In this document: positions 1 through 14,143 of the stretch, in pieces
How positions within the stretch are numbered: position 1 is the first letter of the stretch
How the letters are laid out: each line of letters opens with the position of its first letter
From: Antedon mediterranea
Taxonomy: Eukaryota > Animalia > Echinodermata
DNA: 64,000 nucleotides
Reading direction: 5' to 3'
Assembly (NCBI RefSeq): GCF_964355755.1
Contig: NC_092673.1
Location: forward strand, 34,097,648-34,161,647
The notes under the pieces: model-generated
Databases searched by the model: none
What the model saw: the letters and a program-made list of their open reading frames with translations, nothing else
Told to the model about the DNA's origin: nothing
Translations under genes and position numbers: made by a program

Positions 1-1169
1 AAATAAGAAATGCTTTTCTTTATACCGTAATAATAATTGTACTCTGTACTACGCTACGGTAAAAAACATTTTACTTTTATGAATGTTATTTCCAACTACA
101 CGCTCTCAATATAATAGCACATATTTTCCACTACTTAGTTCTACCAGTTTAGTTTTTTGTAGTTTTTTTATAGTTTTTATATTTAGCATTTTTCGGTACC
201 CTGAAAAAAAAAATCTTCATTACTTTTTTTGTCCTGTTTCCTGTTCTATTTTCTTATTCAGTTTTTATGGGCCGGGCTTCCTTATACAAGCTTCGTTTTT
301 TTTTTATCTTGCCCCTCTTATTTTCATCATATTTACTGTTAATTTTATTAACTATGAAATTATAAGAGAAATAAATGTTACTTTGATTTATTGATTGATT
401 CTTCGTTTTACAACTATTTCTATACTCTTTATCACCAAATGCGACTGCGCTCATAATTTTAATGCTAACATCATGTCTGGTTAAACGTCGCGACGTTGAA
501 CCAGACAGAATAAACGATATAAACCCGTTCAGGACTCATCAATATGACGGCATCAAACGCGTTATTGAATGTAAACATACCATTAAACCTATAAACACAT
601 GAGATTGATATAAAGTAAATATAACTGGACTAAAGCAAATGTCAATGATGGATTACATCTTTATGTGTGCCCTAATGTGTGCCAATATCAAATAGTTGTA
701 TATTTGTTGTTAGTCACAATTGGTGAAAGTAAATTAACAAACACGAGTATATATGCAGTTGACCAAATGTTTTATGTGTAAAGAGTGAGCCACTTCAAAA
801 TAATTGATTATAACATTGTTGAACGCGTTCTAGCATAACAAACCGAAGTTTTAGTCTCTGTTTTTACCTTCATATTCCATCCATGAACCATCTGCAAAAC
901 CAGTAGTCATTATACATTTTGCCGCCATTTAACTGCTGCTAATTGAATTATTGCAAAATGTTTCGATTTCGAGAGACCGATAGGCGCTATTAATGGTAAT
1001 AATATATTAATGTGTGTATGTATATTTACATTACCCATATTGATTATGTTTTTAATGATATATCGGTATGGTGTTTTTAGAATTAATTAATTTACCCATA
1101 TGAATGGCCATATGAATTATATACAGACGTCTTTCTAGCATATTTAATTAACTAATCTACGCTGTAGCT

Positions 1170-1263
1170 GCGTGGGTTATGTTAGGATGTTTGATTCCAA
1201 GCTATATGAGTTCAAAGCGTGGGTTATGTTAGGATGTTTGATTTCAGGCTAGATGAGTTCTAA
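1170..1263. repeat. Tandem duplication, ~47 bp x 2
   Basis: gcgtgggttatgttaggatgtttgatt...atgagttc occurs twice. Confidence 0.8.
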
Positions 1264-1355
1264 ACGTCACCCTAACAAGTAGTTGTTCCCACTGCATATC
1301 CATTGAGTAGACCTACTTCATTTCTACGTCACACTTGGCAAATGTTTATAATTAT

Positions 1356-1824
1356 CTCTGTAAAAATAGTGTTTAGATCTTAAACATGTATTTTTTCCCC
1401 CACACATTTAGCTTTAAGTAGATATGAACATGTTTAGATTCTAAATACATTCTAAACATGTAGTCAACTCAACACATCAGTGACGTGTTGATTGGTAAAC
1501 ATGAGGAGCAATATAAAGACACGTTTAGGGTTTAAACGTATTTAATTTGCCATGTGTGGAGCTCATGCGTAGAACTTTTTTCCGTCACAGTAAAATCGTA
1601 TGCACGCAACTCGTATGCACGCAACGCTTAACACGTACCTAAACTTGTTGACTGAACATAATAGTGACACGTTAACTGCTAAACAAGTGGAGGAAAACAA
1701 CATGTAGCTATAAACATGTTTAGATTTTAAACATGCTAAACATGTAACTACGTGTTTAAAAGCTAAATGTATGGAAAATGGGTACAAAATAGATGTTTAA
1801 GATCTAAACACTATTTTTACAGTG
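1356..1824. mobile_element. MITE with long TIRs ending CACTG/CAGTG (EnSpm/CMC-like non-autonomous element)
   Basis: ctgtaaaaatagtgtttagatcttaaacat ... atgtttaagatctaaacactatttttacagtg form an ~30-bp inverted repeat; many internal taaacatg repeats; second copy at 32758. Confidence 0.75.
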
Positions 1825-4116
1825 TGTACCAACGTAATTGTAATATGCACAATAATATGATTTATGGGCACAAAGATACGCGAGGAGAAAGACTAATTCA
1901 TGACCCGTTTCATTTGGTTGCAGGCTTTATTCCCAACAGGGAACATCTCCCTGTTGGGAAAAAACAATCGTAATAATTCATTAATTTCATTCAATCTTTT
2001 ATTTCGGAATCTCTGGCCCATAGAAAGTAAAATTACCTATAAATTAGTTACTAATTACCACTACTCATCTCAGGATGAAGAGCATATTTGACTTATTTAA
2101 GACGTTGCCTCACCTGTAATCGTTGAAATTAAAACATTTTTACTATAATAACAAACATACAAACAAAGTGAATACTATACTTGGCAAAATTTTTTTTGCC
2201 AAGTAATAAACGTACATTATTTTATCTTTTCTTAATACTCATAGATGCTGAGACCCGGACAAGGCAACTGTAGGCACCAGTTCCTCCTCTGAACCACCGC
2301 GTTGGCGCTCTAACCATGCGTCCAATTTTAACAACTCTATATATAGTCGTATGAAATTATCACCAGTAACACACTATACATTGGAAATACCACGGAATGA
2401 GTTTAAATTAAATAGTTTATACAGCCAAAAAGCTGATACAAGAAATATCAATACTGCTATGAGTGGATTCGGAATACGTAACAGATAATAAACATTCAAC
2501 TCAGATCGTACGCTTAATCAAATTATTGATATTGATTCTGATTCGGTACATTGAATGGTGACACAAAATAGGACATCGTCCGACAAGGGATAATACTAAG
2601 CGATGACAAGAATTGTAATGCAGCAGTTATGAAACAGACACTGTGATTGGTCATATTTGTTTTATATCAACATTATCACTTGTGGATATAGCATTAAAAT
2701 ATAGGCGTAAATAAATAGTAGAAACGTTATTAAGCGTAATTGCATGGTATTGAAACGTTATTTGTAATTTTGAAAATTACGGCATCAACTAATCGGACGT
2801 AGTTCTTCAAAATATAATCATCGAGTTTTTGGAATATACACAGTTAAGAAAAAATAGAACTAAATTGATTATTTTACGAATTCAACATAACTTCAACAAT
2901 TATAAAATAAATGGATTTATTTGTGGCAATCGTTCAAGAAAAGTGGGAATGTTAATATCCTGCATTTGACTAATACAATTTACTTGATCCCGCAGCTGTT
3001 AGATATACTTTCACGTCTACGTGTTTCTTCTTAACAATTTCGAGAAGCTGGTTGAATTTAGTAGTTGTTAAAATAGCTGCAGCATTGTGTGAATGATGAC
3101 ACAGTCGTCGTCGTCGACCTGTGATGATGTGAACGTCATTTTAACTGGAAGCAACTCACTGTGAATAAAGTTGATTTTGGATGTTTGTCCAGTGGTGTAA
3201 AATTCAAACAACGATTGATCGGTTATTTCACTCTTCAAATATAGTTTGCATTGTGCAAAGAACATCATCCAGCTATTGATGGTATCTATGTATGTGCGCT
3301 ACGGTACTTGTGTAGCACAATATAGCTACCGGTATATACTTCAAGTGGCTAACTATTAATTCGGATATCGCATAAATGTTGCTTTTAATAACAGTTGCAA
3401 GTCACTGTTTGGAAAATGTGTATCTATAATACGAAATATCCAAGATTACCAATAGCGGCCATCTTTGTGACTGTGATGTTTCTTGAAGGTGAGTTATTTT
3501 TTATTCTTCTTTCTTAAGTTCATACAATTAAGCGTACAAAATACTTAGGTTTGGTTTCTACTTGGACGCAACGCAATGGCGTAAGCACACCGCAAGTAAT
3601 TCGACGACCATAGTGACCCGAACAGTCGATTGTGATTGGGTTGCGACTTCGTCGTTGCGCTGCGTCCAAAAGTGGGAACAGCAATCGTTTTAGCAATCAT
3701 AAATCCGATAATCAATGCCAACGATATCAAGACGCGCGCGTACTTTTCTTTTGCAATTGATAACTTACCGTGACACAATTATAAACGGATACATTTCGAG
3801 GCAGACAAAATGAAGGATTCATTTTTTGGACGTCCCACTCATTGAGAGCATTGAATGTTACAACCTATAATGAACAAGGAACAATGTATTGCTTGTAACT
3901 ACTGTGGAGTAGCTTTGCGTCAGCGTGTCGAATCTAACCCCAGCCATCAGCGCAAGAGGTCGTGGGTTCAAGCCCCATTTCGCAAGTATTCTCAATGTAC
4001 TTAAAGTACAAATTACGTCAGAGTAGGGCGAAACATCTGACCAAGGCACGATGTGTTACACACGTGATGTCATCTAGTTACTAACTAGTTCACAGTACAT
4101 CAATAGAAAAGTCAAG

Positions 4117-4280
4117 CAATACATCAACCAATGTAACTTACTGTGTGTAATAAAGACAGATAAGTATATTCAATACATCAACCAATGTAACTTACTGTGT
4201 GTAATAAAGACAGATGAGTATATTCAATACATCAACCAATGTAACTTATTGTGTGTAATAAAGACAGATGAGTATATTCC
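4117..4280. repeat. Tandem repeat, 54 bp x 3
   Basis: caatacatcaaccaatgtaacttactgtgtgtaataaagacagat.agtatatt at 4117, 4171 and 4225. Confidence 0.9.
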
Positions 4281-6040
4281 ATAGACAACGTATGTTCAGA
4301 ACATAATTCATTTTGTGGTAAATATTTACAGTATTTTATAGAATACATTTAACGTAATTAAATGTAGAATCCCTACCAAGGGGATATCTTCGGGCCAACA
4401 AAAGTGTCCCCTTAGTGTGTCTCTTGAAATGGGACTGGCTTTATTACTATTTGTTCATTTGAATGTGTCCTATGAAAGAGGTGTCATAGAAAAACAAATC
4501 TCGTACAAGTTATCGTGACAAAATGACATATTGACGCCAATGTACGTAATGATGTTGAAGAACAAATTCAAAATGTTTACTTATTAATATTCATGATTAT
4601 CATACATCATTATTGATGTCATGTTATAAGAAGGCATATTATATTATAAAAATAATGTGTTTTTAAAAATACGAATATAATTAAATAATATACAAACAAA
4701 ATGAATGTATAAGTGCAATGGAACAAATAATTCAATCTCGTAATTAAGTATTCAATAGAATATCTATTGAATATCATGAGACCCACAATTCTCCGATCAA
4801 ATTACAAGAATCAAGGGCTTAATACTGTTTTATACAACGGAAGCTGATTTGTGTTTCGGTTACTGTTATAGAATAGACTATCATCATCAATTTCTGAACA
4901 ATTATGACGACAATGGCATGTCATTCGTATTTATAATTGTGCATGCCGCGTGTTTAAAAGCTTTTTGGGCAAAACTATTTGTTTTAAACGGAGCATTATA
5001 GTATGAAATGGTGATAAAACAAATCGTCATGTAATAATACCTACAATCCATTACTCTACGGTTTTTGATCACCGATATGCTTGGCTAGACAAACATGCAA
5101 CAATTAATAAAGTAGGTATAATATAAACATTATTTTTATGATGGTTGTAAATCTTAAATCATACACAGGTGAAATAAATCAGCAAGATGAAACTACCTTT
5201 TAAGGTATTCTGTTCGCCACTTTGACTTGCTTTACATCCGGGGTATCACGGTTTCTTATTTTATTTTAGGATTGTACGTACGGCATAATACGGTACTGTA
5301 CGTACGAGGGGCGACTTTGAGAAAATACCAGTTTTATAATTTGTTTTACACTTGAAAATGGATGAGTTTGAAAAGGGACAATTTTACAATGGGGCGACTT
5401 TGAAAAGGGCGACTTAACTATAACATCAAACACCACGCAAATACCACCAGATTGTGACATAAAATAGTATGTTTAGTAGGATTACTAAGTATGCTTATCT
5501 TTAAGCTTCTAACTGAACAAACATTCCAAATGTGCCCTACACTTTTACATTTTGATTTCACCATGTTCCAAAGTGTTAAACTACTATCGCAATAATGGAT
5601 ATTGGTTTATACATACATACTTTTTAATAGTTTCTCTTTCTTCTTCAAAAACGTTCGTTTCTGTGTCTAAGAAAGTTTTAAATGGTATGAGGGCGCTATG
5701 CTCAATCAAAAGTATTTTTGTTCAGATATGTAAAAAAAACAACAACAAGTAGGAGAAATCGTGAATAAATGAGATTGAAATCGCGGTTTCATTTCTGAGA
5801 TAGTCGGCTCAACGCCGCATGTCAGCTAAAGAAGACGATTGTAACATTGTGGGCGTTTTTGAGACATTGTACGATCGATGTTCGAGGATCCAAGATTGAT
5901 CCAATTCCGTCTTGTATATGAAGAAATTTAACAAATTTATCTTAACTTTCTTATGACGATGTACTTAAAATATAACAGCGCCCCCATTATTGTTCACAGT
6001 CGACGATTTAATGCACAAAATGTAGTGCTATCAAGTCTAA

Positions 6041-6147
6041 AGGTCTGTCTACACTATCAAACTTTATGTGACAAAAAAATGTGATATACCTACCATATTT
6101 GGTCACATCACACTCTTTTTGGTCAAAGTAGTGTAATAGTTAAGACA
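6041..6147. mobile_element. MITE family C, degenerate copy
   Basis: ggtctgtctacactatcaaactttat...taccatatttggtcacatcacac. Confidence 0.65.
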
Positions 6148-7046
6148 TTACGCTAATAGTTGTTTAAAGGGTAGCTCCGGGATTAATTTTTTGTATTGTT
6201 TAAAGATATAAACATAAACATTTATAAAAAGTGGTGCTACAGGATTTTTCTTAATTGACGTACAATCTTTACCTGGGTAACCATGCGCAGGATATTATTA
6301 TTATTTTTATTATTTTTAATCGAAAATCCAAGATTGCTTTTTCTTTCGATTATTTTTATAATTGTTTCATCAAAGTATGAGTAAATGAAAATACAATTAG
6401 ACAATATTCCCATAGGAGTAAAAAAAAAAGAAGGGGTGGTGGGGGGGGGGGCTATTTTACGATTCTTGTTTTGCTTCATCAATGTCTGAGAAATAGCTGG
6501 TCCCTTTAAGCGCGAATACGTCATTATTATTCCAAATTGGTGAACCCAGTTTAAAACTTTATTCAACGTATTTGAATGCAATTAATAACAAAGATGGCTG
6601 GGGATAAATCTTTCAATTTTAACATTATCAACAGGCAACTTATAGATCGTTCTAATTATATAATTTTGCATACTAACCTATTGCGACTAAAAACGAGAGA
6701 ATTTGCTCCGCGTAAAATATAAAAGAGTACCAAAACGTGCATACACGCTAAACACTTATATGGCTTAACGTTTATTGCCATTAAATGAACATTCTTTTTA
6801 AAATTCACATTTAATATCGATATTAATGTTTTGATAAAAAATGTAAATAGAAATTATGCGGCGCCATAGACTTCCATTTATCAGAAAAAAATAATAGAAT
6901 TATTACTTTAAATTCTCAGCTGTGAATATTTTATAAATTTATGACTTGTCAAATGCATGTTGCCATATTAGGATTAGGATATACTTATTTTTATAGTGCT
7001 CAATGCATATCAGCCGCCGTCAGTTCGGCGTAAGGATCGCCCTTAA

Positions 7047-7224
7047 AGCTTGGTTCCCACTAGAACGTAACGCAAGGACGTAAACGCAACGCAAGCGTTT
7101 AACGAATGACAAGCGAAGTTATAGACAATTAGCAATCACAAGCGAATAAGCCATCGCTTGTGATTGGTCAATTCACTTGCGTTGCGTTACGTCCTTGTGT
7201 TGCGTCGCTAGTGGGAACCACGCT
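7047..7224. mobile_element. MITE family A (TIR AGC(T/G)TGGTTCCCACTAG), PIF/Harbinger-like
   Basis: Terminal inverted repeats, internal hairpin caatcacaagcga-8nt-tcgcttgtgattg, preceded by TAA; inverted copy at 42748. Confidence 0.8.
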
Positions 7225-7226
7225 GA

Positions 7227-7436
7227 AGCGTGGTTCTCACTAGCGACACAACGCAACGTAACGCAGCGACGTATCGACGCAAAGTGCGTAATCACAAGTG
7301 AGAACCGACGACGCAACAGTGCTGCAAATATCGCAGGTTTTATTTCACGCAGGCGGGGGCAAACACAATTATTGGAAGGGCATGTTGTTACGTTGCGTAT
7401 GTTGCGTTACGTTGCGTCGCTAGTGGGAACCAAGCT
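7227..7436. mobile_element. MITE family B (same TIR as A, different core)
   Basis: agcgtggttctcactag ... ctagtgggaaccaagct followed by TAA; reverse complement of 7999-8215. Confidence 0.8.
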
Positions 7437-7998
7437 TAATTGATCCTAAATTATCATATTCATTGACTTAGGCCAAGTTGAGCCGCTGTCAAACTGTCTA
7501 GGCAACTGTGAATAAAGACGATTAGTAAAGTAAATTAGTCTGGGTTCCAGACTGAGTTTTAACCTAATATTATAGTAAAAAGATAAATATTTTGGCACAT
7601 ATGGCGTTTCTTACGTATACTACTTGAGTTTGTTAACAGATCATCATCGAAAAACCTCGAAATAACTGGGACAAGTCTAAAAGTAAATATGTAGGTATAA
7701 AGTTCTTTTCGAACATTTGGTTTCGTCTTTTTGTTTTAGTGAGCAGCAACTTATTTGATAATTGTCTGTTTTTGTTAGAAATTAAAATAGAAGAATCCTG
7801 CCCTCTATCAATATCATTGCAACCGGGGAAGAGAGACTACGGATTACTAACTTAAGGCAGTGAAATTCAAAATTAAGTTTCGCCAGGCGACTTTGTTTTG
7901 GTATGCACAGCCGTGTGTGTGACAAACACATTATCATCTGTCATTTATCTTTATTGTACTAAAAAAAACTGTACACATTCAGGAAGACCCACCTATAA

Positions 7999-8215
7999 AG
8001 CTTGGTTCTCACTAGCGACGCAACGTAACGCAATCTACGCAACGTAAGAAAATGCCCTTTCAATCATTGTGTTTGCCCCCACCTGCGTGAAATCAAACCT
8101 GCGATTTTTACAGCACTGTTGCGTCGTCGGTTCCCACTTGCGATTACGCAATACATCACTTTGCGTCAATACGTCGCTGCGTTACGTTGCGTTGCGTTCG
8201 AGTGGGAACCACGCT
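7999..8215. mobile_element. MITE family B, inverted copy
   Basis: TAA|agcttggttctcactag...gagtgggaaccacgct|TAA; 3-bp TAA target duplication. Confidence 0.8.
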
Positions 8216-8715
8216 TAACGAATAATTAATTGCTAATTACTAAATGGGACATTTTTAAAGAAACTACTGACCGTTAATTGAACATGATCGATGGTAATAG
8301 TATTCTTATAGGAAAACAAGCTTAAGTTGTAATAAATAATGTCTACACTGAAAGAGAAATTAGTGATTGTGTGTACGCGAATGCATACTAATGATTTCTA
8401 ATGAGAATGACTTCCTCTCAGTGGAGATGCCTTACCGATGATACGATAATTACAAAGATAATTAAGCCTACGAACGTTATGACATCAATTGCGACTGTAC
8501 TTTTTTGTCTAATAATTTGACATTAGTGTGTACCCGTTACGGTATTCTTAGAAATTAGTGAAATTGGACCGACTCATTGACGGGGCGATATAGCTACGCG
8601 CTAGACTGATCAATCAAATACGTTACATTATTTTCCTCCAGTTTGCTGAAAAGCATACCGTAACGTTGATAAACTCGCAGACTAAACCAGGGTTCAGATT
8701 TACCAAACCTGCTTA

Positions 8716-8937
8716 AGCTTGGTTCCCACTAGAGACGCAAGACAGGCGAGTTGACCAATGACAAGCGACTGTTCGAATAATCCGTCGCTTGTGATTGGTC
8801 ATAATCACTTAAGCTCGGTTCTCACTATAGACGTGACGCAACGCAAAGACGTAGACGGAACGCGAACGAGTTAACAAACGAAAAGCGACTGTTCGCGAAT
8901 AATCATTGCTTGAGATATTGGTCAAATCACTTACGTT
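8716..8937. mobile_element. Two tandem truncated family-A-like MITEs
   Basis: TIRs start at 8716 and 8812, each preceded by TTA; both share the acaagcgactgttcg...attggtca core. Confidence 0.65.
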
Positions 8938-11384
8938 TGAATAAAAAGTACGAATGAATTTAGCCGATTATTGTTTTGTACTTAACATTTCTATTAAAAC
9001 TATTATGAATTTACAGTCATAGAGAAACTCTCAACTGCCAAGTGATATACTAGAAATTATTAGTAATATATTAACAATGTACTGTAAACATTTTTTTACA
9101 TCGATATAAATTGTTTGACAAAAGTAGTTTTTACATCAATATAAATCGTATTCATAGCCAGAAAATCGCACTTATCACAGGAACTGTTTGTTTTAACACA
9201 AGTTAATCGCGCGCCTCTTTGTTTTGACCAGTTTAAAGTCCAGTATATTGTATTAAATATTTTATGAAATCTTTTATGATTAAAAGAATTCTCAGAACAA
9301 TCATAAAAAAAGTAATTCTATGCTGAAAACAATCAGTGTGTAACATAGACTCTACCTCAGTCACAGATAGCGTTAATTTGTTAGGCTCGTCATACGTTGA
9401 CGGATTACCTACTAAATTGGAAGTGAATTTATTAACGATGTATGTAAGTTATACGTGATATTATATTAGGCACATAGTTGTATTTGTACGCGTTAATCCG
9501 AGTGATACGGGTAGACCAGCTGAACAGACGGTCAATGTCAACTAAGGTTTGATTATTCACCTGGAGGTTTCATTCTGACCAGTGGTGTGGTCAGTGTAAT
9601 CGATGTTCAGGCACTGAACTTTACACATAATATTAATAAGTGACCACAAAAGGGTAGTATTTAAAGAACAACGTTCAAACGCATAGCTTTATTACGAGTG
9701 ATAACTTTTCCAACAAAATGCGCGTGCAAACGTTGATATGGTACTGCTTTATACGCGCGCGTTTACTTGATGATTTAAAGAACCACTCAATCTTAATCAT
9801 GTGGCTTAAACATAGTTAACAATGGTACTGTGCGCGTTATTGAATGCGATTACGCAACAGAAATTGAAGTGCGGGTAAAAGTTGATAAAAATGGCAACGG
9901 ATTGTGTACGCGTGTGATAAATGTGTTTCTTTAAGGTTTCACTGTCGATATCAATACACTAAATTCAACATTGATTTATTGGTTTAAACGAGGTACTATG
10001 ATTTACGTTAATTGAAAATATTACTTCTTATTTTATTGATATTTCTTTCTTAAAATCTTGAAAGGTTGTTTGCCTTGCTTTTTGATATTTTATATTAGCT
10101 ACTTTCTTTTGTTAAAGCTGTAAATTGATACTATGTTCATGTATTAATGAAATGCAACTCATTTAAAGCTACAACAGCTATAAACAGCAGTACGTTGAAT
10201 AATTTATAAAACTGAAACAAATAAAAACTAACTGAAAACATAACAAATAATGAAAATATGTAGTGGATCAGTACAAAACTGATTAAGAGGACATATTCGG
10301 GACACAACAAATTGTCTCTTTAATAGAGGTGCATCTCGTGTTGTCTGCGATGTTAATATCTTGGGATCGCAGGAAAGATTATTTAAAGGGTTTCTTAAAG
10401 ATTCTCCTGTATAGGATATTTTGTAGAGTTTAATTGAATTGAATTTTTTATTGCAATTATTTTAAGCTATCATGTCTTCACAACGGAACTATATTCACCT
10501 TTAAAACTATTCCCAATGCTAATAAACTATAGATCTAATAATTATTAACATTTAATCATTTTTCAATTACGTCTACAACTATCACACAGAAATGATTTTC
10601 ATAATTTATATTACGTTGATATTGATGTAATACTGATATTGATACGATATTATCATTGCTGATAATGATGACTCCTGACAAGGCCAAGAATGGCATCTTA
10701 TATCAAATTCCAAAATTGTAAATTATAGGTTTGCTCTTAAAGTCGTATGTTTGAAGTTGATAGTAACGCGAGAAAAACGCTTTGAGGTAAAACATTTCAC
10801 GCATAAAAAACACATTATTGATAGTCAGAAAAAAAAATACTACTGAGTAAAGAAACGTAATTATTACTATTGTTTGTTCTTCTTTAATTGTATTTTAATA
10901 TTAATCTAATTTCTTTTCATAAACACTGTATTATATTTAATTATGTTTCTCTTTTGTATATTTTGATTAAGACAGGACCACAATGTAAAACAAATACACT
11001 GTTATCTGTTTTATCCTGTATAAATATATTATTTATTATTATTATAATAGAAAGTATTGTACTGTTATATAATTTTAGTTAGTAATTTAAACTTTAATAA
11101 TTATAAATACGTGTTACAGTATTATATATACCGGTATTAAATATTATTCTTCTTCTATAATTTCTTTTATATAATAATTTTTTTTCTTACGTATTATCAA
11201 ATTAGACATATTTGGTATTGTAGTTTGTGAAATGACATCACCATGCTCTATATTGACAAATCAACGATTGTTGTCATAAAGAAATATGACACTTTAGACA
11301 CTTAGTAAAGGTCACATGATCTATAAAGCAGACGATGTTATTCAATTATTTCTGTATCATTTGTTTTCCTTATTATTCTAACAT

Positions 11385-11912
11385 GTTTCTTTTTCTTTCT
11401 TTCATTTTTTTTCTCATTTATTTGGCATCTCAATACATAACATTAAAAATACATCAATAATATATATAATCACCTTAAATATTAAAATACATCAAAAAAG
11501 CAAATAAAAAAGGCGGGATTAATGAAGTCTGACGATGCACGGGAAAACACATAAAGTGGTTTAAAGTAAAACAACTTAATTCCAATGTGGTCCCTAAAAA
11601 GATAGTAATTATAATTTTAACAAAACAAACATTATAAGACGGGGTTCATAAATATATAAGCATATAAGCAAAACATCTGATATAATGGCACAATAATAAT
11701 TTATCTATGTTTAATTTTGTAATATTGTTTCAATTCAGTTTTAAATTTAGATGTGTTGGAAATTTGTTTAATATAGTCAGGAAGGTTATTCCATTCTCTG
11801 ATTGCATTAAAATAGAATGTATTACATTCTATACCTTGGACTTTAGGTACAACAAAATTGAGTTTACTACCACGAGTGAAGTGACCGTGTAAGTTATTAA
11901 CTCTACGAAAGT
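11385..11912 (-). mobile_element. 5'-truncated non-LTR retrotransposon (L2/Crack/CR1 group): ORF2 C-terminus plus 3' UTR
   Basis: Minus strand ~11910-11701 translates to FRRVNNLHGHFTRGSKLNFVVPKVQGIECNTFYFNAIREWNNLPDYIKQISNTSKFKTELKQYYKIKHR*, which has the H...TR / F.VP / F...A...WN.LP / FK..LK signature. It is followed by a UTR with AATAAA (~11418-11423) and an A-rich tail. Confidence 0.8.
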
Positions 11913-11949
11913 TTACTTTTTATTGTGGTTGTTCTTATTTATCAGTCTC

Positions 11950-12400
11950 TTCCCTAACTCCTTTATATTGTTTCTTCTTCACATTTTCTCTTATTTTCAA
12001 CATTTCCTTTTATTTAAATCTTCTTTTTCAACATTTCTCTTCTCCTTCTATATTCTCTATTCTTTTTTAGCATCCCTTCTTTTCCATTCAACATTCCATC
12101 TTTTCCATTCAACATTCCAACTTTTCCTTCAACATTCCTTCTTCTCCAACATTTCTTCTTCTACTTTTCCTCTTCTTTTTATTTCTTCTTCACCTTCTGT
12201 TCTCTTTCCTTTTTCTTATACTTTCTTTCTTTTCGTCTTCTTCTTCTTCTTCTTCTGCTTCATCAACATCATCATCTTATTCTTCTTCTTCTTCTTCTTC
12301 TTCATCAACATCATCATCATCTTATTCTTCTTCTTCTTCTTCTTCTTCTTCATCAACATCATCATCAACATCATCATCATCTTATTCTTCTTCTTCTTCT
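11950..12400. repeat. Pyrimidine-rich low complexity and compound (TTC)n/(ATC)n microsatellite
   Basis: Directly visible; explains the spurious poly-F/poly-I ORF at 11923-12429. Confidence 0.9.
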
Positions 12401-13484
12401 ATTTACACGTACGATTATCTAAATTTTGACGAACTATTTTAATGAACTAACATAAGCTTTATCCAACATAAACTTGTTTCGCCAGATTTTTAACCAATCA
12501 ATAATCACACTATTGATTTGAATCCATTTAATTAAGCATGTGTAAGTGTAAACAGTTTACCATAGTTGGTACACTTAATAATTGTTCACTGGGACATGCA
12601 AACAAAACAGAAATCACGATTCTGAACGCGATCGCCGTGTTTGAAATTCAACTCAGCTTACTTTGAACTTTGTCTTTGAGCTTATGCGCATGCCTACAAA
12701 ACAATTATTGTTTTGATTCGGAAGTCATAGTATTTGCGAACGCTATCACATCACCTTATATTTCTACTGCGGTGGTTCCGCCGCGTACAAAGTCTTGATT
12801 TATTCTGCTGGCCATTTCACTTTTACTAATTTTGTTAAATATACTCCTTATGTTCAAAATGGAAACATCAAATTAATTTATAGCCTAAAGTTAACTGCGT
12901 TCTTCTCTCATTGATTATAGAGGCTGTATAATTAATGCTCTCATTTTTCTTCTAAGTATATTTTACTCATTCATCTTCTCCATTGTTGCTGTCGTGGTTT
13001 TCAGAAGGTTTAAGTCATTTCTATCCACCGATAAAGTTAATATAATATGAGTTAAAACTGAACGTGGAAACGTTTCCGTTATTTTATTTAAACTTTATCC
13101 AAAGCAGCAGCAGTCCATTTTTATAATTTGTATGGTTCATTAACTAACTTTGACCAATAATATTTAGCCATACTCCAAATAGCTACCAAATTGCAATGTT
13201 ACTGTGGCCAATCAGGAGCACCACAGTATACGAATTATAAGTATAATATTATTATAAGATGATTTCTAGACTATTTTTAGAAGTTATTTTTATATGAACG
13301 TGTCTTACTTTATAATTTAAATAATCATTAACCTTATAACGACATTTTAGGCCTTGGAATTAAGACTGAAATTAAATAAATAAATTAAATATTTCTATAA
13401 AAAAATTACTTAAACAGACATTTGACAACAAATTGGATTGAAAAATATATATATATATATATACTAAAAAAATGTAATTTAAAG

Positions 13485-13615
13485 CAAAAAAATAGTCAAA
13501 TTGGCTGCTATTCAATGGGTTTTTGGTTGAATTAATTTTGTAATCTTTTTATTTTATTTTTTTTTTCTACGGAAGTGATTAACCTTATTAAAACTACAAA
13601 ATAATCTATTCAATG
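13485..13615 (+). repeat. Dispersed repeat fragment, second copy at ~35245-35366
   Basis: Both copies share gtcaaattg...ttttttctacggaagtga...ttaaaact.caaaataa.ctattcaa. Confidence 0.6.
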
Positions 13616-14143
13616 ACTGATTTTATTAATATTTTTTATTCATGTTTTTGGGGGACACATTTTTAAATAAAAATGGTAAAACAGAAATTTAAATCATCTT
13701 CTAATTCCATGTAACTCGTAAAACTCTTTCTAAATGCCAAGTTCTTAGATTCATCAACATGTTAGTCACTATCTATAGATAGTTATAGATATATTGACGT
13801 TTTATATATAGATGTTATGGAACGCCAAAAGGGCAACATTGTATCACCTGTAAACCTGACGTCAAAGATCTGGAAGTCAGTCGTTTCTGCAAAAATTAGG
13901 TCGGGTCTGCCTGCCACACGCAGCGTTATTATAAACTGCACTTTGCGACAGCATGGCTTCATGAAAATTGTAATTTTTAAAATCACAAAATGTAATGAAT
14001 TAGGCCTACACTTATCGTGGCTCTATCTGTATTTCTACTATGAAAATGTACGTCGCGGACGTGGCGATCTTCAACGATACAACTATGTTATATGTAAGTT
14101 TGTAACTTACTAATAGCCCTACAATGAGTGCGGTACGGATTAA

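Noticed and set aside
3920-3980. tRNA gene (gaggtcgtgggttcaagcccca)
   Set aside because: Only a T-arm/B-box fragment, with no cloverleaf; at most a SINE remnant. The same applies to ~2250-2322 on the minus strand.
6164-6509. Kolobok-like element bounded by TTAA-AGGG ... CCCT-TTAA
   Set aside because: The inverted match is only a few bases long and there is no second copy in the window.
11923-12429. 168-aa hydrophobic ORF
   Set aside because: Translation of the TTC/ATC microsatellite.
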